This document shows, piece after piece, positions 38,378 to 49,360 of a stretch of DNA of 64,000 nucleotides. Positions within the stretch are counted from its first letter, which is position 1, and every line of letters starts with the position of its first letter. The notes beneath the pieces are model-generated. The model saw only the letters and a program-made list of their open reading frames with translations, was not told the origin of the DNA and ran no database searches. The DNA comes from Clostridia bacterium (GTDB lineage Bacteria > Bacillota > Clostridia > Oscillospirales > CAG-272), in contig JAFTZH010000008.1 of assembly GCA_017464565.1 (NCBI GenBank), positions 66,485 to 130,484 on the forward strand. Reading direction: 5' to 3'. The position numbers were made by a program, and so were the translations under genes.

Positions 38378-39313
38378 TCACGCCTTCTTCGGAGCCTTTG
38401 ATTTCTTGATTGCTCCGAAAGGCTTGCGTCTGGTAAGATTGTTTATATAAGGCGTGAGGATATTCATAAGAAGTATCGCGAAGGAAACGCCCTCGGGATA
38501 GCTTCCGAAAACGCGGATAATAACCGTGATAAGTCCACAGCCTATTCCGAAGATAACCTTGCCCCAAGGGGTTTGCGGAGTAGTTGAATAGTCGGTAGCC
38601 ATAAAGAACGCACCGAGAATCAGACCTCCCGACAAGAGATGATACAGCGGGTTTTCTCCGAGAACCAGGGTAAAGAGTGCCACGGTGGCAAGATATACCA
38701 CGGGCGTGTGCCAGCTTATAATCCTGCGGGCTATAAGATATACGCCGCCTATAAGCAAGGTAAGAGCGCAGGTCTCTCCAAGGCTTCCGGCGTGATTTCC
38801 GAGAAAGAGGTCGAGAAGCGTGGGCATCTCTTCGGTTCCCATAAGCGAGAGCGGGGTCGCGCTGCTTACCGCGTCGGCAACCGAGAACTCCGCCATAGTC
38901 CCCGAGAATGAGAGAAGCATAACTATTCTCGCGGTAATCGCGGGATTGGCAAAATTACAGCCGATACCGCCGAAAAGCTGTTTTACCGCTACGATAGCGA
39001 CTATACTTCCGAAAGCCGCCTGCCAAAGCGGAATGCCCGCGGGAAGATTGAAAGCGAGAAGCATACCCGTAACCACAGCGGAAAGGTCGCCTATCGTTAC
39101 TTCCCTTTTGCATATCTTTTCAAATCCCCATTCGGAAGCCACGCATACCGCCACGCAAAGCGCGGTAACGGCAAGCGAGCGGAATCCGAAAATAACGGTT
39201 GAAGCGATAAGAGTCGGAACGAGAGCGATTATAACGTCGAGCATAATTCTCGTTGAGGTAACCGATGCGCGTATATGAGGCGAAGGAGAAACTATAAGAT
39301 TTTTATTCATCAC
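38378..39313 (-). CDS. rnfD: Rnf complex subunit D
   Basis: NqrB/RnfD-type polytopic protein, 311 aa, with a ...FFMATDYSTTP... motif. Confidence 0.92.
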   Translation of the reverse strand: MMNKNLIVSPSPHIRASVTSTRIMLDVIIALVPTLIASTVIFGFRSLAVTALCVAVCVASEWGFEKICKREVTIGDLSAVVTGMLLAFNLPAGIPLWQAAFGSIVAIVAVKQLFGGIGCNFANPAITARIVMLLSFSGTMAEFSVADAVSSATPLSLMGTEEMPTLLDLFLGNHAGSLGETCALTLLIGGVYLIARRIISWHTPVVYLATVALFTLVLGENPLYHLLSGGLILGAFFMATDYSTTPQTPWGKVIFGIGCGLITVIIRVFGSYPEGVSFAILLMNILTPYINNLTRRKPFGAIKKSKAPKKA

Positions 39314-40629
39314 TTATTTTCCTCCTTTTTTGAAGCCTGATAATCCCTCAGCATAATTTTTGCCAGCTTGTTTGTCTGAACTATATTTTTCTTTGCGGGA
39401 CAAGCGTAGCTGCAGCAGCCGCACTCCATACAAAGATTTACCTTGAGCTTTTCAAGCTTCTCGGCGTCCCCCGCCTTGTAAGCCGCCGCGATATCGCAGG
39501 GAGAAAGCGAAAGAGGACATTTTGAGACGCATCTTCCGCATCTTATGCAAGCCGTAGACTTGGGAAGCACCGCTTCCTTCTCGCCGAGCGCCAGAACGGC
39601 GTTATTTTGCTTCGTGAGAGGCGCGTCAAGACTTACAGCCGCGACTCCCATCATAGGACCTCCGAAAAGTATCTTCCTCGGCTCCTCGGAAAAGCCTCCG
39701 CAGAAATCAAAAAGAGCTTTTATAGGCGTTCCTATCGGAGCTATAACGTTCATAGGCTCCTTTACGGAAGAGCCGTCTACCGTTACGCATTTTTCAACGA
39801 GAGGCATACCCGTTTTTATATATTTCGCTATTGCCGCGACGGTCGTACAGTTGATGACAACCACGCCTTGACTGAGCGGCAGCTCTCCCTCGGCTATAAC
39901 TCTGCCGAGCGTGTGATATACGAGTACCTTCTCTCCGCCCTGCGGATATATAGAAGGCAGTGCCTTGACCTCGGCTCCGCCAACCTCGGCGAGCGCTTCT
40001 CTCATAGAGCGTATACACTCGGGCTTGTTCTTTTCTATTCCGACTACCACGCGCTCTGCCTCAAGATATTTCATAAGCAGCGAAATACCTTCGGCAACGA
40101 GCGCCGCGTCGTCTATCATCGTGCGCGTATCGGAGGTTATGTAAGGCTCGCACTCGGCGCCGTTTACTACTATCGCATCTATCTTGCTTACGTCGGCGGC
40201 AAGCTTTACCGAGGTGGGAAAGCCCGCGCCTCCGAGTCCGACGATACCGCTGCGCTTCACCGCCTCGACGAAATCCTCGCGGCTTTCAAGCTTAGGAGGA
40301 GCTATGGTCTCGCAAATTTCCTGTTTTCCGTCGGATTCGATAATCACCGTTTTTATCATCGCTCCGCCGACAGACTGCGTATCCTCTATCTTTTTTACCG
40401 TTCCCGAAACACTCGAATAAACGGGAGACGAAACGAATCCTCCCGCCTCTCCTATAAGCTGACCTACCTTGACGTATTCCCCGACCTTAACCGTCGGATT
40501 GGCGGGCGCTCCTATATGCATAACCATAGGTATCGCCACGTATTCGGGTATAGGTATGCGTTTGGGAGCCATCTCTGCGGTATTTTTGCGGTGCTTTAGA
40601 TGAACTCCGTGCAATCTGAACAATGACAC
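39310..40629 (-). CDS. rnfC: Rnf complex subunit C
   Basis: GLGGAGFPT NADH/FMN site and two CxxCxxCxxxCP ferredoxin motifs. 439 aa. Confidence 0.93.
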   Translation of the reverse strand: MSLFRLHGVHLKHRKNTAEMAPKRIPIPEYVAIPMVMHIGAPANPTVKVGEYVKVGQLIGEAGGFVSSPVYSSVSGTVKKIEDTQSVGGAMIKTVIIESDGKQEICETIAPPKLESREDFVEAVKRSGIVGLGGAGFPTSVKLAADVSKIDAIVVNGAECEPYITSDTRTMIDDAALVAEGISLLMKYLEAERVVVGIEKNKPECIRSMREALAEVGGAEVKALPSIYPQGGEKVLVYHTLGRVIAEGELPLSQGVVVINCTTVAAIAKYIKTGMPLVEKCVTVDGSSVKEPMNVIAPIGTPIKALFDFCGGFSEEPRKILFGGPMMGVAAVSLDAPLTKQNNAVLALGEKEAVLPKSTACIRCGRCVSKCPLSLSPCDIAAAYKAGDAEKLEKLKVNLCMECGCCSYACPAKKNIVQTNKLAKIMLRDYQASKKEENK

Positions 40630-40923
40630 TCTATCCTCCTCTGATAAATTCCCGCTACCGAGGCTCGATATGCGGTTTTATCTATATAAATTACTTAATT
40701 TGCACATTAAATTATACCATATCGGAGCGTAAAATGTCAACAAGATTCAGGGTTCCAATCGGTGTATTTTGAAGATTTTAAGAATTTTTTCAAAAGATAG
40801 ATATTTGTTTGACAAAGACACAATTTTGTTCACAATTCAAACACATTCGGATAACATTTGCAATCTTTTTAGCGTTATTTTTTTGTCAATTTCCGTGTAT
40901 TTTATCATTTATTATTTTTTTTG

Positions 40924-40952
40924 ATGACAAACGGAAAAATATGTGTTATAAT
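40924..40952 (+). promoter_or_regulatory. candidate sigma-A promoter for ribF (ATGACA-17-TGTTATAAT)
   Basis: The -35 element matches 5 of 6 positions, the spacer is 17 nt, and TATAAT is perfect with a TGn extension. Lies about 45 nt upstream of the ATG. Confidence 0.5.
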
Positions 40953-40996
40953 TTAATACGTTAAATTTTAATCGTCAATTTCCCGAAAGGCAAACT

Positions 40997-41920
40997 ATGA
41001 AGTCATATATCTCTGAACGTCCCGCACCACCAAATTCCTCCGTCGCCGCACTCGGCTGCTTTGACGGAGTTCACATCGGACACGCCGCCGTAATTTCAAC
41101 GGCTGTCAGCATCGCAAAAGAAAAATCGGCTGTATCGGCTGTCTGTACCTTCGACCTCCCTCCGAAGAATTTCTTTGCCGAGGGTTCGGCTCCCGCGATA
41201 ACCCTTCCCCCCGAAAAAAAGCGCCTCACGGAAAAGCTCGGCGCGGACCTTTTTCTCTCTATTCCGTTTGATGAGTCGATAAGCTCACTGTCTCCCGAGG
41301 CTTTCTTTAAAAAATTTCTTATAGACGAGCTGAACGCCGTTCACGTCGTATGCGGCTTCAATTATACCTTTGGAAAGGACGCTTCGGGCAACGTGGACGT
41401 ACTTTCCGCTCTGTGCAAGGAGGCGGGTATAGGCTTTACCTGTATTCCGCCCGTAGAGCTTGACGGCGTGGCGGTAAGCTCATCTATTATAAGGAAGGAA
41501 ATAGAAGCGGGAAATATCACACTTGCCGAAAAGTATCTCGGGCACACATTTTCGATAAGCGGAGAGGTCGTAGACGGTAAAAAGCTTGCCCGCAGGCTTG
41601 GATTCCCCACTATCAATCAAGCCTTCCCGAAAAGCTCCGTCGTTCCGGCGAGAGGCGTGTACGTTACGCGCGTCGGTATTGACGACGACTGCTATTTCGG
41701 AATAACCAACGTTGGCGTACGCCCGACCGTAGGCCGGCGTTCCCTCTCTGCCGAAACGAATATTTTTGATTTCGGCGGCGATCTTTACGGAAAAACGGTA
41801 CGGGTCGAATTACTGCGTTTTCTGCGTCCCGAGAAAGCATTTCCGTCTGTCGAGGCTCTTTCAAATCAGGTAAATTCCGATATAGAAACGGCTAAAGAAA
41901 TAATAAAAGAAATAAAATAA
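40997..41920 (+). CDS. ribF: bifunctional riboflavin kinase / FMN adenylyltransferase
   Basis: GCFDGVHIGH nucleotidyltransferase motif and a C-terminal riboflavin kinase domain (GFPTIN...GITNVGVRPT). Confidence 0.93.
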   Translation: MKSYISERPAPPNSSVAALGCFDGVHIGHAAVISTAVSIAKEKSAVSAVCTFDLPPKNFFAEGSAPAITLPPEKKRLTEKLGADLFLSIPFDESISSLSPEAFFKKFLIDELNAVHVVCGFNYTFGKDASGNVDVLSALCKEAGIGFTCIPPVELDGVAVSSSIIRKEIEAGNITLAEKYLGHTFSISGEVVDGKKLARRLGFPTINQAFPKSSVVPARGVYVTRVGIDDDCYFGITNVGVRPTVGRRSLSAETNIFDFGGDLYGKTVRVELLRFLRPEKAFPSVEALSNQVNSDIETAKEIIKEIK

Positions 41921-41962
41921 AAAACGGTCAGCGGTTCGCAAACGAACCGCTGACCGTTTTTT
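41919..41962. terminator. bidirectional terminator between ribF and asd (AAAAA-ACGGTCAGCGGTTCG-caaa-CGAACCGCTGACCGT-TTTTT)
   Basis: Perfect 15-bp stem flanked by an A5 run and a T5+ run. Confidence 0.85.
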
Positions 41963-41974
41963 ATTTTATCCGAC

Positions 41975-43051
41975 TCAATCGAAATATCCTTCTTTGTAAA
42001 GAAGCTCCGCTATGAGTACGGCGCCTCCCGCCGCTCCTCTGAGCGTATTGTGGGAAAGTCCTACGAACTTGTAGTCGTAGATTATATCCTCGCGCAGACG
42101 TCCGACGGTAACACCCATTCCACCGTATATATCACGGTCAAGAGCCGCCTGAGGACGGTTATCCTCCTCAAAATAAGTAACGAACTGCGCGGGCGCGCTG
42201 GGAAGTCCAAGCTGCTGGGGCTTGCCGCTGAACTCTGCCCAAGCCTTAAGTATCTCTTCCTTCGTGGGCTTATTTTCAAACTTTACGAAAACTGCCGCGG
42301 TATGTCCGTCGGTAACGGGAACTCTGATACACTGAGTCGTAATCTTGGGCGCATCAGCCTTAACTATCTCACCGTTCTCAACGTGTCCCCATACGCGAAG
42401 AGGCTCCTGCTCGCTCTTCTCTTCCTCGCCGCCGATATAAGGAATAACATTGTCTATCATCTCGGGCCATTCCTTAAAGGTCTTTCCCGCTCCGGATATA
42501 GCCTGATAGGTGGTCGCAACTATCTCGGTGGGCTTATATTTAAGAAGAGGCGTGAGCGCGGGAACGTACGACTGTATAGAGCAGTTCGGCTTTACAGCAA
42601 TAAAGCCTCTCTTGGTTCCGAGTCTCTTCCTCTGTGCCGCGATAACCTCAAGGTGAGCGTCGTTTATCTCGGGAATTACCATAGGAACGTCAGGCGTCCA
42701 GCGGTTTGCCGAGTTGTTCGATACGACGGGAATCTCGTGGCGCGCGTATGCTTCCTCAAGCGCCTTTATCTCGTCCTTCTTCATATCTACCGCGCAGAAA
42801 ACGAAGCTTACGAGTTCTGCCATTTTATCTATATCGTTAGCGTCTATAACTACCATATCACGATATTTCTCGGGCATAGGATTTTTCAGCTTCCAACGGT
42901 CTCCGACCGCCTCCGCATAGGTCTTTCCCGCGGAGCGCGCAGACGCCGCGAGAGCCGTAACCTCAAAATAAGGATGATTTTCAAGTATAGTCAAAAAGCG
43001 CTGACCTACCATTCCGGTAGCGCCTACGACACCGACTTTCATTTTTGCCAT
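41975..43051 (-). CDS. asd: aspartate-semialdehyde dehydrogenase
   Basis: VGVVGATGMVGQ Rossmann motif and the active-site region ...KPNCSIQ... Start taken at the ATG after GGAGGTCAAT. Confidence 0.92.
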   Translation of the reverse strand: MAKMKVGVVGATGMVGQRFLTILENHPYFEVTALAASARSAGKTYAEAVGDRWKLKNPMPEKYRDMVVIDANDIDKMAELVSFVFCAVDMKKDEIKALEEAYARHEIPVVSNNSANRWTPDVPMVIPEINDAHLEVIAAQRKRLGTKRGFIAVKPNCSIQSYVPALTPLLKYKPTEIVATTYQAISGAGKTFKEWPEMIDNVIPYIGGEEEKSEQEPLRVWGHVENGEIVKADAPKITTQCIRVPVTDGHTAAVFVKFENKPTKEEILKAWAEFSGKPQQLGLPSAPAQFVTYFEEDNRPQAALDRDIYGGMGVTVGRLREDIIYDYKFVGLSHNTLRGAAGGAVLIAELLYKEGYFD

Positions 43052-43208
43052 ATTGACCTCCATAACGCTGAAAGCGTATAAAAATTTAATGATTTACAGA
43101 TGATTATATCACAAATACCGTTCAAAATCAAGATATTTCGAGCACAAATACGCAGAAACTTAACGTATTTGAATACAATATTTTGTGCAGTAAATATAAA
43201 AAGCGTCT

Positions 43209-44078
43209 CTAATCGCGGGTAAAAAGCTTATAAACGTCGTTTTTCGGAAGTCCTCTTTCCCTCGCCGTCCTTTTTACTGCGTCCATCTTGGACATTCCTC
43301 CGCGCATATAAAGCTCGACCTGCTCCTCAATACTTACGTCGGATATCTCATCCTTTGCGGAAGGCTCCTCACAGCCCGCCACGACCAGAACGTACTCCCC
43401 CCTCGGCTCGCGTTCTTCATAATATGCCTCCGCCTCGGCAAGCGTTACCCGAATTATCTCCTCGTTGAGCTTGGTCAGCTCACGGCAAAGCGCTATTTTC
43501 CGATTCTCTCCGAACACCTCCCGCATCGCTCCGAGAGTGTCCTTCAGCTTGTGCGGAGCCTCGTGGAAAAGCATAGTGCGTTCCTCGCGGCAAAGTGCCT
43601 CAAGCCTTTTTTTCTTATCCGACTTTTTGGCGGGCAGAAATCCCTCAAAGCAAAACCGAGCGGTAGGGAGAGCCGAAAGCGTCAGCGCGCATATTCCCGC
43701 GCAGGCTCCGGGAACCGACGTAACCGATATATTTCTCTCGGAGCAAAGCCTGACTATATCCTCACCTGGATCGGAAATTGCCGGAGTTCCCGCGTCGGTA
43801 ACAAGAGCGCAGGATTCCCCGCTCTCAAGCCTTGACGCTATCTCCTCGCCTCTCTCAAGCTGATTATGCTCGAAATAAGATATCATAGGCTTTGATATTC
43901 CGAAATACGTCAGCATACGCAGAGTATTGCGGGTATCCTCCGCCGCGATAAAATCAACCTCGGAGAGTACCTTAAGCGCCCTTTCGCTCATATCCGAAAG
44001 ATTGCCTATCGGCGTCGCTACGAGATACAGCGTTCCTCCGACTATTTTATTTTTTTCTTCTGTCCTCATATCCGACAT
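43209..44078 (-). CDS. rsmI: 16S rRNA (cytidine1402-2'-O)-methyltransferase RsmI
   Basis: GTLYLVATPIGNLSDMSERALKVL...AAEDTR tetrapyrrole-methylase-fold signature of RsmI. Confidence 0.92.
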   Translation of the reverse strand: MSDMRTEEKNKIVGGTLYLVATPIGNLSDMSERALKVLSEVDFIAAEDTRNTLRMLTYFGISKPMISYFEHNQLERGEEIASRLESGESCALVTDAGTPAISDPGEDIVRLCSERNISVTSVPGACAGICALTLSALPTARFCFEGFLPAKKSDKKKRLEALCREERTMLFHEAPHKLKDTLGAMREVFGENRKIALCRELTKLNEEIIRVTLAEAEAYYEEREPRGEYVLVVAGCEEPSAKDEISDVSIEEQVELYMRGGMSKMDAVKRTARERGLPKNDVYKLFTRD

Positions 44079-44164
44079 CTCCTCTTATTTTATCACACTC
44101 GGAAATTTTTGCGAATATTATATAAATACGACGCAAAATTAATATTTAAAGAAAGGAAAAAGCG

Positions 44165-44728
44165 ATGGCAATAAAAATATACATAGACCAAGGACACAAT
44201 CCTCAAAACCCAAACGCGGGCGCTGAAGGCAACGGACTTCGCGAGCAGGATATAGTTTACAGAGTGGGAGTTGACCTTGCGGCACTGCTGCGGAGCAATC
44301 CCGCCTTTGAAGTACGCCTTTCCCGCCCTACCGCCGAAGCGCAGATAGGAGGCTCAAACTCGGAGAGCCTGCGCCTGCGCGTGAACGACGCAAATTCCTG
44401 GGGAGCCGATTATTTTATAAGCCTTCACACCAACGCCTCCGAGCTTGCCTCGGCAAGCGGAAGCGAGGCGTTCGCCTATTCGTCCGCCTCCGCCGCATTC
44501 GCGCTCGGAGAGGATATCCTTTATTGGCTGAATCAGACCACGGGGCTTAAAAACAGAGGAATGAAGGTCAGAACCAACCTCTACGTCCTGCGAAGAACTC
44601 AAATGCCCGCCGTGCTCGTCGAGCTTGGATTTATCACGAATCCATCCGATGCCTCTCTTATGAACAGCCGTCCCGATTTGTTTGCCGACGGAATATACAG
44701 AGGCATAGTCGAATACACGGGCGCATAG
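44165..44728 (+). CDS. N-acetylmuramoyl-L-alanine amidase (Amidase_3 family), no signal peptide visible
   Basis: IYIDQGHN...GAEG...E..., SLHTNA and a C-terminal VLVELGFITNP motif. Confidence 0.85.
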   Translation: MAIKIYIDQGHNPQNPNAGAEGNGLREQDIVYRVGVDLAALLRSNPAFEVRLSRPTAEAQIGGSNSESLRLRVNDANSWGADYFISLHTNASELASASGSEAFAYSSASAAFALGEDILYWLNQTTGLKNRGMKVRTNLYVLRRTQMPAVLVELGFITNPSDASLMNSRPDLFADGIYRGIVEYTGA

Positions 44729-44739
44729 ATGCCTTGATA

Positions 44740-46830
<2,091 letters not shown>

Positions 46831-46940
46831 CTAAAGAAAGAGCAAGTACGATTAATTTTACGCTTGTCTTTTCGGAATTAAAAAAGCGCTCTCCTCATAA
46901 GGATTACATAGCGGAAAATAATCAAGGAGGCAGATAGTAA

Positions 46941-47939
46941 ATGATAGTTCTGTTTACCATTCTCGTTTTGTCTGTCATTCTGGTAAACGGCTGGACCGAC
47001 GCGCCAAACGCAATATCCACCTGCGTATCAAGCCGTTCTATGTCTCCCGGCGGCGCGCTGTGTCTTGCCGCGGTATGTAATTTTACGGGAAGCGTGGCTA
47101 TGGCGCTTATAAATTCAAGAGTGGCAAAAACGATATTCAATATAGTAAACCTCTCTGACAATCCCGACGTAGCGCTATCCTCTCTCTGCGCGGGAATGTG
47201 TGCCGTCGTAATATGGGCAATCGCGGCGTGGAGATTCGGTATACCGACGAGCGAGAGCCACGCGCTCATATCGGGCATTACGGGCGCCGCTCTCGCGTCA
47301 ACTAAAAGCATATCTTCAATCAACCTCGAAGAATGGCGCCTCGTCCTCTGCGGACTTTTCTTTTCAACCCTGCCCGCCTTCATTCTTGCGAGTATTATAT
47401 ATACTCTTATGACACGTATTCTCGGAAGATTTGAGAGGCGCAAAATGATAAAATATTTTATGCGTACACAGCGATGCAGCGCCGCCACAAGTGCCCTTCT
47501 TCACGGAGCGCAGGACTCCCAGAAATTTATGGGCGTATTTATGCTCGGTTTTTCGCTTATAAGCCAAAACACGCTGAGCGACACCTTTGAATTACCTCTT
47601 TTCGTAATATTCAGCTGCGCGGCAGTAATGACGCTCGGAACCCTTATCGGCGGCGGAAGGATAATAAAAAAAATCGGAATGGATATGGTAAGTCTTGATG
47701 CCGCAGGCGGAACCGCCGCTGATATGTCCTCCTCCGCGGTGCTTGCCGTATGCTCCTTCTTCGGTATACCCGTAAGCACCACTCATTCCAAGGCGTGCGC
47801 TATGATGGGGGTAGGCGCCAGCCTTGGCAGCGGAGGAACGAACAAGAAAATCGTCTCGCAAATGCTCTGCGCGTGGCTTCTGACCTTTCCGATATGCTTC
47901 TGCATAGGTTTTCTTCTCGCTTTTTTTATATCTCCTTAA
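46941..47939 (+). CDS. inorganic phosphate transporter (PiT family)
   Basis: GWTDAPNAI and ...IPVSTTH... PHO4 repeat signatures. 332 aa. Confidence 0.88.
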   Translation: MIVLFTILVLSVILVNGWTDAPNAISTCVSSRSMSPGGALCLAAVCNFTGSVAMALINSRVAKTIFNIVNLSDNPDVALSSLCAGMCAVVIWAIAAWRFGIPTSESHALISGITGAALASTKSISSINLEEWRLVLCGLFFSTLPAFILASIIYTLMTRILGRFERRKMIKYFMRTQRCSAATSALLHGAQDSQKFMGVFMLGFSLISQNTLSDTFELPLFVIFSCAAVMTLGTLIGGGRIIKKIGMDMVSLDAAGGTAADMSSSAVLAVCSFFGIPVSTTHSKACAMMGVGASLGSGGTNKKIVSQMLCAWLLTFPICFCIGFLLAFFISP

Positions 47940-47978
47940 TTCGATTTATATATAACGCAGAAAGGTAGGTTCTTTTAT

Positions 47979-48548
47979 ATGGCAAAATACAATTATTTTG
48001 AAGCGCTCGAAGAACTGGCGGCCGGTGCCTGTAACGCCGTGAGATCGGTGTGCGGAGAAGGCGCTTCAATCTCAAAAAAAGAATTTACGCAAATACGTTC
48101 GGACTGCGCAAAAACGCTATTCTCGCTTGAAAACTCTCTTTTTTCCGAATTTTTGCCGCCTCTTGAGCGGGATAATATCGCGGCTTACGCTCACTGTCTT
48201 TCACGACTGATAGATACCGCGGCAGAGCATTTCGCGCTTTCCCGCGCGTTAGGCGGACAGCGAAAAAAAAACGAGGAGGAGAAAATATGCCTTGAGCTTG
48301 CGTCCGAAATAAAAAACGGTACCTCTATGCTCCGAAATTTGAAAAAGCCGGGTGAGATACCCGATATACAAAAATTTCGCTCTCTTCTACATTCGGGAAT
48401 TGAGGCACACAACGCCGAGCTGTCGAAAATAAATTCAGGCGTATTGCCTAAAACTTATGCCCAATCCGTTCTCTCCGCCGGAAGACTCCGTATAGATCTA
48501 TCAAAATGCTTTGATAAGCTCCTTGAGATTATGTTGAATAATATATAA
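47979..48548 (+). CDS. DUF47/PhoU-like Pit accessory protein
   Basis: Helical 189-aa protein adjacent to pit. I infer family membership from size, helical character and context. Confidence 0.6.
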   Translation: MAKYNYFEALEELAAGACNAVRSVCGEGASISKKEFTQIRSDCAKTLFSLENSLFSEFLPPLERDNIAAYAHCLSRLIDTAAEHFALSRALGGQRKKNEEEKICLELASEIKNGTSMLRNLKKPGEIPDIQKFRSLLHSGIEAHNAELSKINSGVLPKTYAQSVLSAGRLRIDLSKCFDKLLEIMLNNI

Positions 48549-48563
48549 TACATATATAATATG

Positions 48564-48595
48564 GGGGAGGAGCTTTTTGCAAAAAGCTCCTCCCC
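48564..48595. repeat. REP-like perfect palindrome GGGGAGGAGCTTTTTGCAAAAAGCTCCTCCCC
   Basis: 32-nt perfect palindrome. Member of a family also present at 48626, 55959 and 58052. Confidence 0.9.
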
Positions 48596-48625
48596 TAAAA
48601 AATCCACACACAAACTAACTTTTTT

Positions 48626-48655
48626 GGGAGTGCCTTTTTGCAAAAAGGCACTCCC
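48626..48655. repeat. REP-like perfect palindrome GGGAGTGCCTTTTTGCAAAAAGGCACTCCC
   Basis: 30-nt perfect palindrome with the same TTTTTGCAAAAA core and G/C clamps. Preceded by the conserved ACAAACTAACTTTT flank. Confidence 0.9.
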
Positions 48656-48681
48656 GCTTACAAACCATTATTTATACTCGG

Positions 48682-49341
48682 TCAATCGTTATTTGACGCG
48701 CCCTTGGCATCAAGATACATAACGACCTTTCTGTTTCCGTCAGAGCCTATAGAGTTAGTCGAAACTCCCTCTATATTCTGAACCTCGGAGTGAATTATTC
48801 TTCTCTCATAAGGATTCATAGGCTCGAGCATTACGCTCTTTTTGTATTTAAGAACTCTTGCCGCCATTCTTCTCGCAAGCGCTCTGAGGGTTTCTTCTCT
48901 CTTCGCGCGGTAGCCCTCAACGTCAACCGATATCTTAACGTATTCCTGCTTTTCACCGTCAACCTTTTTGTTAGCCGCGAGATTTGCGAGGTGCTGGAGC
49001 GCGTCAAGCGTCTCACCGTGATGCCCGATAAGAACCGCGGCGTTTCCGCCCTCAACGACTATCTTTTTCTCTCCCGCTTCTCCGTCGCTCATCTCAATCG
49101 AAGCGTCTATTCCCATATTTTCAACGAGCTTCTTAACCAGCTCAAGCGCTTCTGCTTCTCCGCCGAGCTTATATACGGCAGAAATCTTTGCGGGAACCGC
49201 TCCTATTCCGAAAAGTCCTTTTTTGGGCTCCTCAAGAACGGTATATTCTATCTTTTCAACGCTGTCCGCGCCAAGCTCCTTGGCCGCCAGCTCAAGTGCC
49301 TCGTCAATAGTTTTGGCACTGATAACAACTTCCTTTTTCAC
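48682..49341 (-). CDS. jag: Jag/KhpB RNA-binding protein (Jag_N, KH, R3H)
   Basis: C-terminal R3H (LEPMNPYERRIIH) and its position after yidC. Confidence 0.9.
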   Translation of the reverse strand: MKKEVVISAKTIDEALELAAKELGADSVEKIEYTVLEEPKKGLFGIGAVPAKISAVYKLGGEAEALELVKKLVENMGIDASIEMSDGEAGEKKIVVEGGNAAVLIGHHGETLDALQHLANLAANKKVDGEKQEYVKISVDVEGYRAKREETLRALARRMAARVLKYKKSVMLEPMNPYERRIIHSEVQNIEGVSTNSIGSDGNRKVVMYLDAKGASNND

Positions 49342-49360
49342 AATTATACTCCATTAATGA

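Noticed and set aside
40630-40996. FMN riboswitch or clear Rex operator in the rnfC-ribF spacer.
   Set aside because: I could not recognise any of the conserved FMN-aptamer sequence blocks. The TGTT...AACA dyads are imperfect and mis-spaced relative to the Rex consensus TTGTGAA-N4-TTCACAA.
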